DNA of 42,596 nucleotides, from positions 4,379 through 46,974 of the forward strand of contig VBJT01000001.1 in NCBI GenBank assembly GCA_005880075.1. The letters are read 5' to 3'. Position 1 is the stretch's first letter. The number at the start of each line of letters is the position of its first letter. This document shows positions 39,576-42,596 of the stretch, one piece after another. Below the pieces are notes generated by a model, which saw nothing but the letters and a program-made list of their open reading frames with translations, ran no database searches and was not told the DNA's origin. A program made the position numbers and the translations under genes. This DNA is from Chloroflexota bacterium (GTDB taxonomy: Bacteria > Chloroflexota > Dehalococcoidia > SM23-28-2 > RBG-16-64-32).

Positions 39576-41117
39576 ATGCAGGCGAGTGGGTACAGTTCAA
39601 GATCGGATACAGAGCTCGCAGCCCGTGCGGCGGCCGGCGACGAGCCGGCGTTTGCTGCCCTCTACGAACGCCACTTCGAAGGCATCTACGATTTCGTCAT
39701 CCGGACGGTTAAAGCTCCAGAGCTCGCTACCGAAGTCATCCGAAACGCCTTCATCAAGGCATGGGACCGCTCCCGCAAGCGCAAAGCGCGCCACCACGTC
39801 AGAGCCTGGCTCTTCGCGACAGCCCGTGAGCGAGCGGTCCAGGCAACCCGTCGCGGCGGGCGTGCAGGGGTTGCCGATAGTCCGCGCCCTGACGAAATAG
39901 ACCCTCACGTGTTCGCTCAGCCGGAGTCTTCCGAAGCCAACGTGCGGGAAGCCGGTCTCAGAGATGCAGAAGCCGCCGCTGTCGTCTGGAAGTTCGCGGC
40001 GCAACTTTCCCCCAAACAGTACTCGCTGCTCGACCTCCATCTCAGGCGGGGCCTCAAAGTAGACGAGCTCGCCGAAACCCTCGGCTTCGCAACAGCGAAC
40101 GCCTACATCATGCTCTATCGCCTTCGAGACGCTCTCGTGCAATCGGTCTCCGTCTCTCTTCTGGCGCGCCATAGCCGGTCGCGCTGCCGGGAGCTCGACA
40201 CGCTTATGTCCGAGTTTCCTGTCGCCGAACACTCGCCTGATTACCGCAGGCCGGTCATCAATCACCTCAAAGCCTGCCCGGGGTGTCAGGCAAACAAAGC
40301 GAACTTCCCTTCAGCGCTGGAAGCCTTCGCCAGCCTCGCGCCGCTCGCGCCACCAACGGGCGTGCAAACCGCGATCTGGTGCGATGTTTCCGCCCATATC
40401 AACGGCATCTCTCCTCAGCCCACGCCGAGATCCATAGAGCCGAGGGATCGCCCGCCCACCCGTCCCGAAGGCGCCGCTTTCCGCCCTAGGGTGCCCGTCA
40501 CCGCCGTCCTGGCAGCCGCCATCGTGAGCATCATCGCGATCCTTGTGGCCGGGGTCCTCATCTTCGGCACGGGCGGCGGCGGCGCGTCGACCGCGCGTGA
40601 CCCCAACGACGTGCACAGCACCGATCACAAGACCGCAGAGCCCTCAAGCGACAACACAATCGACCTAGCATGGAGCGCGATCCCCGGCGCTAAGGCGTAC
40701 TCGACCATGTGGAGCCACCTGCCCATCGATCTCCCCGACACCGTCGCCGACCTTCCCGGCACTGCAACAAGCACGACGAGTCCGCCCCTTGACCCCGGCA
40801 CCTGGTACTTCCATCTGCGCACCCAAAATGAAGACGGCAGCTGGACCAGCACGCTGCACATCGGGCCCTTCGAAGTGATCGCCGCCTCGCCCACACCCGC
40901 GCCGAGCGAAGATCCTTCGCCTTCACCCAGCCAGACCGCCACACCCGCCCCCGGCCCCCGCTTCCCAACCGCGCCGCCCGCCCCGACACCAAGCGAAACG
41001 CCCGCGCCGACTCCGGCACCGACGCCACCACCACCAACACGGGCGCCTTCGACGCCTGCTCCGGCGACGGTTACGCCGGCGCCTCCTTCCGAAACGCCGA
41101 GCCCAAAGCCACGCTAA
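39576..41117 (+). CDS. ECF sigma factor fused to a zinc-finger anti-sigma-like segment, one transmembrane helix, an extracytoplasmic beta-rich domain and a Pro/Thr-rich tail
   Basis: Region 2 (AFAALYERHFEGIYDFVIRTV...FIKAWD). Region 4 (LSPKQYSLLDLHLRRGLKVDELAETLGFATANAYIMLYRLRDAL). H-x3-C-x2-C in HLKACPGC. Transmembrane helix VTAVLAAAIVSIIAILVAGVLIF. FN3-like IDLAWSAIPGAKAYS...GTWYFHLRTQ. A PTPAP-rich C-terminus. Confidence 0.8.
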   Translation: MQASGYSSRSDTELAARAAAGDEPAFAALYERHFEGIYDFVIRTVKAPELATEVIRNAFIKAWDRSRKRKARHHVRAWLFATARERAVQATRRGGRAGVADSPRPDEIDPHVFAQPESSEANVREAGLRDAEAAAVVWKFAAQLSPKQYSLLDLHLRRGLKVDELAETLGFATANAYIMLYRLRDALVQSVSVSLLARHSRSRCRELDTLMSEFPVAEHSPDYRRPVINHLKACPGCQANKANFPSALEAFASLAPLAPPTGVQTAIWCDVSAHINGISPQPTPRSIEPRDRPPTRPEGAAFRPRVPVTAVLAAAIVSIIAILVAGVLIFGTGGGGASTARDPNDVHSTDHKTAEPSSDNTIDLAWSAIPGAKAYSTMWSHLPIDLPDTVADLPGTATSTTSPPLDPGTWYFHLRTQNEDGSWTSTLHIGPFEVIAASPTPAPSEDPSPSPSQTATPAPGPRFPTAPPAPTPSETPAPTPAPTPPPPTRAPSTPAPATVTPAPPSETPSPKPR

Positions 41118-41159
41118 CGACCGCGCTGCGGCCATTGGGCAGCCTGCTACACTTTCCGC

Positions 41160-42119
41160 ATGCAAGCTAGGCTGCTCGGCAGAACAGGACCCCGGGTCTC
41201 GAACCTCTGCCTTGGCACGATGCAGTTCGGCTGGACCGCAGATGAACGCTCGTCGTTCGCGGTCATGGACGCCTTCGTCGAGGCGGGCGGAAACTTCCTC
41301 GACACGGCTGACGTCTACAGCCGCTGGGCGCCCGGCAATCCCGGTGGCGTCTCCGAGCAGATCATCGGGCGCTGGCTGCAGGAGCGCCGTAACCGGGACC
41401 GGCTCATCGTCGCTACCAAGGTGCGGGGGCGAATGTGGGAAGGCCCGGACGGCGAAGGGCTCAGCCGCGCGCATATCCTGCGTGCCATCGAGGATAGCCT
41501 CCGCCGGCTTCAGATCGAGACAATCGACCTCTACCAGTGCCACTCGCCGGACGACAAGACGCCGCTCGAGGAGACGCTGCGGGCGTTTGAGGAGATGATC
41601 TCGTCGGGCAAGGTCCGCCACATCGGCGCCTCGAACTTCACGTCCGCGCAGCTTGCGGAAGCAGTTCGTGTCGCCGGTGAGAACAGCCTCCCGCGCTTCG
41701 AAACGCTCCAGCCCCACTACAACCTCGTCCATCGCGCGGAGTACGAAGTCGGACTCGCCTCGCTCTGCGAGCGCGAAGGGATCGGCGTGATCCCATATAG
41801 CCCGCTCGCCGCCGGCTTCCTCACCGGCAAGTATCGTCCCGGTCAGGCTCAGCCTAGAAGCGCCCGCGCCGGCCGCGTGCGTGAGTACATGAACGCCCCC
41901 GGCTTTGCGGTGCTCGAAGCGCTTGATGGCGTCGCCGCCGCTCACAACACAACACCCGCCGCCGTGGCGCTCGCCTGGCAGATGACGAGGCCCGCTATCG
42001 TAGCGCCCATCGTCGGCGCCAACTCCCCCCAGCAGCTCGCCGACCTCCTCCCCGCGGCTAACCTGGCCCTCTCGCCAGACGAAATCGGTGCGCTCGACCG
42101 CATCAGCGCCTCATTCTGA
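41160..42119 (+). CDS. Aldo/keto reductase
   Basis: LGRTGPRVSNLCLGTMQFG, FLDTADVY, LIVATKV, IDLYQCH and HIGASNF are classic AKR motifs. The antisense ORF 40923-41945 is a shadow. Confidence 0.9.
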   Translation: MQARLLGRTGPRVSNLCLGTMQFGWTADERSSFAVMDAFVEAGGNFLDTADVYSRWAPGNPGGVSEQIIGRWLQERRNRDRLIVATKVRGRMWEGPDGEGLSRAHILRAIEDSLRRLQIETIDLYQCHSPDDKTPLEETLRAFEEMISSGKVRHIGASNFTSAQLAEAVRVAGENSLPRFETLQPHYNLVHRAEYEVGLASLCEREGIGVIPYSPLAAGFLTGKYRPGQAQPRSARAGRVREYMNAPGFAVLEALDGVAAAHNTTPAAVALAWQMTRPAIVAPIVGANSPQQLADLLPAANLALSPDEIGALDRISASF

Positions 42120-42176
42120 CGAACTGCTCCCGCCTGGACGACGTTTGAATCTAGCCCGGTGCCTTCAGGCGCCGCC

Positions 42177-42232
42177 GCACTCTGAACTCGGCACTCAGAA
42201 CTCGGCACTCTGGACTCGGCACTCACCACTCA
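42177..42232 (+). repeat. Tandem repeat: about 3.5 copies of a 14-bp unit (equivalently eight 7-bp units GNACTCN)
   Basis: gcactctgaactcg / gcactcagaactcg / gcactctggactcg / gcactcaccactca. It lies between the AKR stop and the next gene's SD. Confidence 0.6.
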
Positions 42233-42273
42233 ATTCGCGTATTCTTACGCCAGCGACAGAAGAGGAGACGACC

Positions 42274-42596
42274 ATGACCCAAACCGCAGATACCGCGACG
42301 ACGCTCGATGTTATCGATCGCTTCAACGAGGCCTTCAACAGGCACGACGTCGAAGCGATCATGGCCCTCATGACGAACGATGTGGTCTTCGAGAACACCT
42401 CGCCGCGGCCCGACGGCGAGCGCTACGAGGGCCAGAAGAGCGTCCGCAGTTTCTGGGAGCAATTCTTCTCCGGCACGCCGTCCGCCCGTTTCGAGACCGA
42501 GGATATGTTCGCCGCTGACGACCGTTGCACCATCCGCTGGATCTACAACTGGACGGACGCCGAAGGCAAGTCCGGCCATGTCCGCGGCGTTGACGT
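42274..42596 (+). CDS. SnoaL-like / NTF2-fold protein (partial, runs off the right edge)
   Basis: My translation is MTQTADTATTLDVIDRFNEAFNRHDVEAIMALMTNDVVFENTSPRPDGERYEGQKSVRSFWEQFF.... GAGGAG SD 7 nt upstream. It is absent from the ORF track because there is no stop codon in the window. Confidence 0.7.
   Translation, partial: MTQTADTATTLDVIDRFNEAFNRHDVEAIMALMTNDVVFENTSPRPDGERYEGQKSVRSFWEQFFSGTPSARFETEDMFAADDRCTIRWIYNWTDAEGKSGHVRGVD

Noticed and set aside
40923-41945. 340-aa minus-strand ORF overlapping the ECF-fusion tail and the aldo/keto reductase
   Set aside because: It is a shadow ORF. The plus-strand AKR has unmistakable family motifs, and the minus-strand translation is Arg-rich with RRRRNRRRSRRRRR runs.
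42177-42232. CRISPR array
   Set aside because: The units are contiguous 7- and 14-mers without spacers, far shorter than CRISPR repeats. No cas genes are present in the window.

Overview
GC-rich bacterial chromosomal window. Gene content and a sortase-type sorting signal suggest a monoderm-like high-GC lineage such as Chloroflexota or Actinomycetota, but I cannot confirm this. Almost everything is on the minus strand. All calls come from reading motifs in the supplied translations and the DNA; no database search was run.

Layout, left to right:
- Partial secreted-protein gene.
- DUF4331 / TPR / RcnA-like metal-transporter operon behind a long structured leader.
- Aldehyde:ferredoxin oxidoreductase plus NAD-aldehyde dehydrogenase pair.
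- ppdK plus a coupled orphan gene.
- Thiolase-like gene.
- MFS gene interrupted by an in-frame TAG.
- DegT-type aminotransferase fused to a PD-(D/E)xK nuclease-like domain.
- fumC (plus strand).
- Peptide-type ABC importer with a binding protein and two permeases but no ATPase genes.
- DUF5317-like membrane protein.
- Small-gene cluster under a 1121-aa STAND-TPR-SARP regulator.
- Crotonase.
- Second, internally deleted MFS gene.
- rtcB.
- ABC-2 exporter operon with an embedded ABC-F gene, behind a promoter-leader-terminator element.
- typA (plus strand).
- Decayed Phd-Phd-VapC toxin-antitoxin locus.
- GH1 beta-glucosidase.
- ECF sigma / anti-sigma fusion, aldo/keto reductase and a partial SnoaL-like gene (all plus strand).

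Best candidate for something new (about 23.2-27.8 kb): two tandemly duplicated 31-codon genes, too short for the ORF track. Each has a strong Shine-Dalgarno (SD) sequence and encodes a signal-peptide-like prepeptide ending in AAQSP[LF]F. Each is preceded by 11-bp-phased GGCGAG direct repeats. They lie directly downstream of a regulator that combines a TPR sensor with a SARP DNA-binding domain, and on the same strand, about 1.4 kb upstream of the peptide ABC importer. I read this as a possible peptide-signalling cassette; this is inference only.

Other notable items:
- The DegT-nuclease fusion.
- An attenuator-like leader upstream of the ABC/ABC-F operon.
- An anti-SD-containing leader upstream of the DUF4331 operon.
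- A recurring family of heptanucleotide-phased repeats downstream of genes.
- Several disrupted accessory genes.
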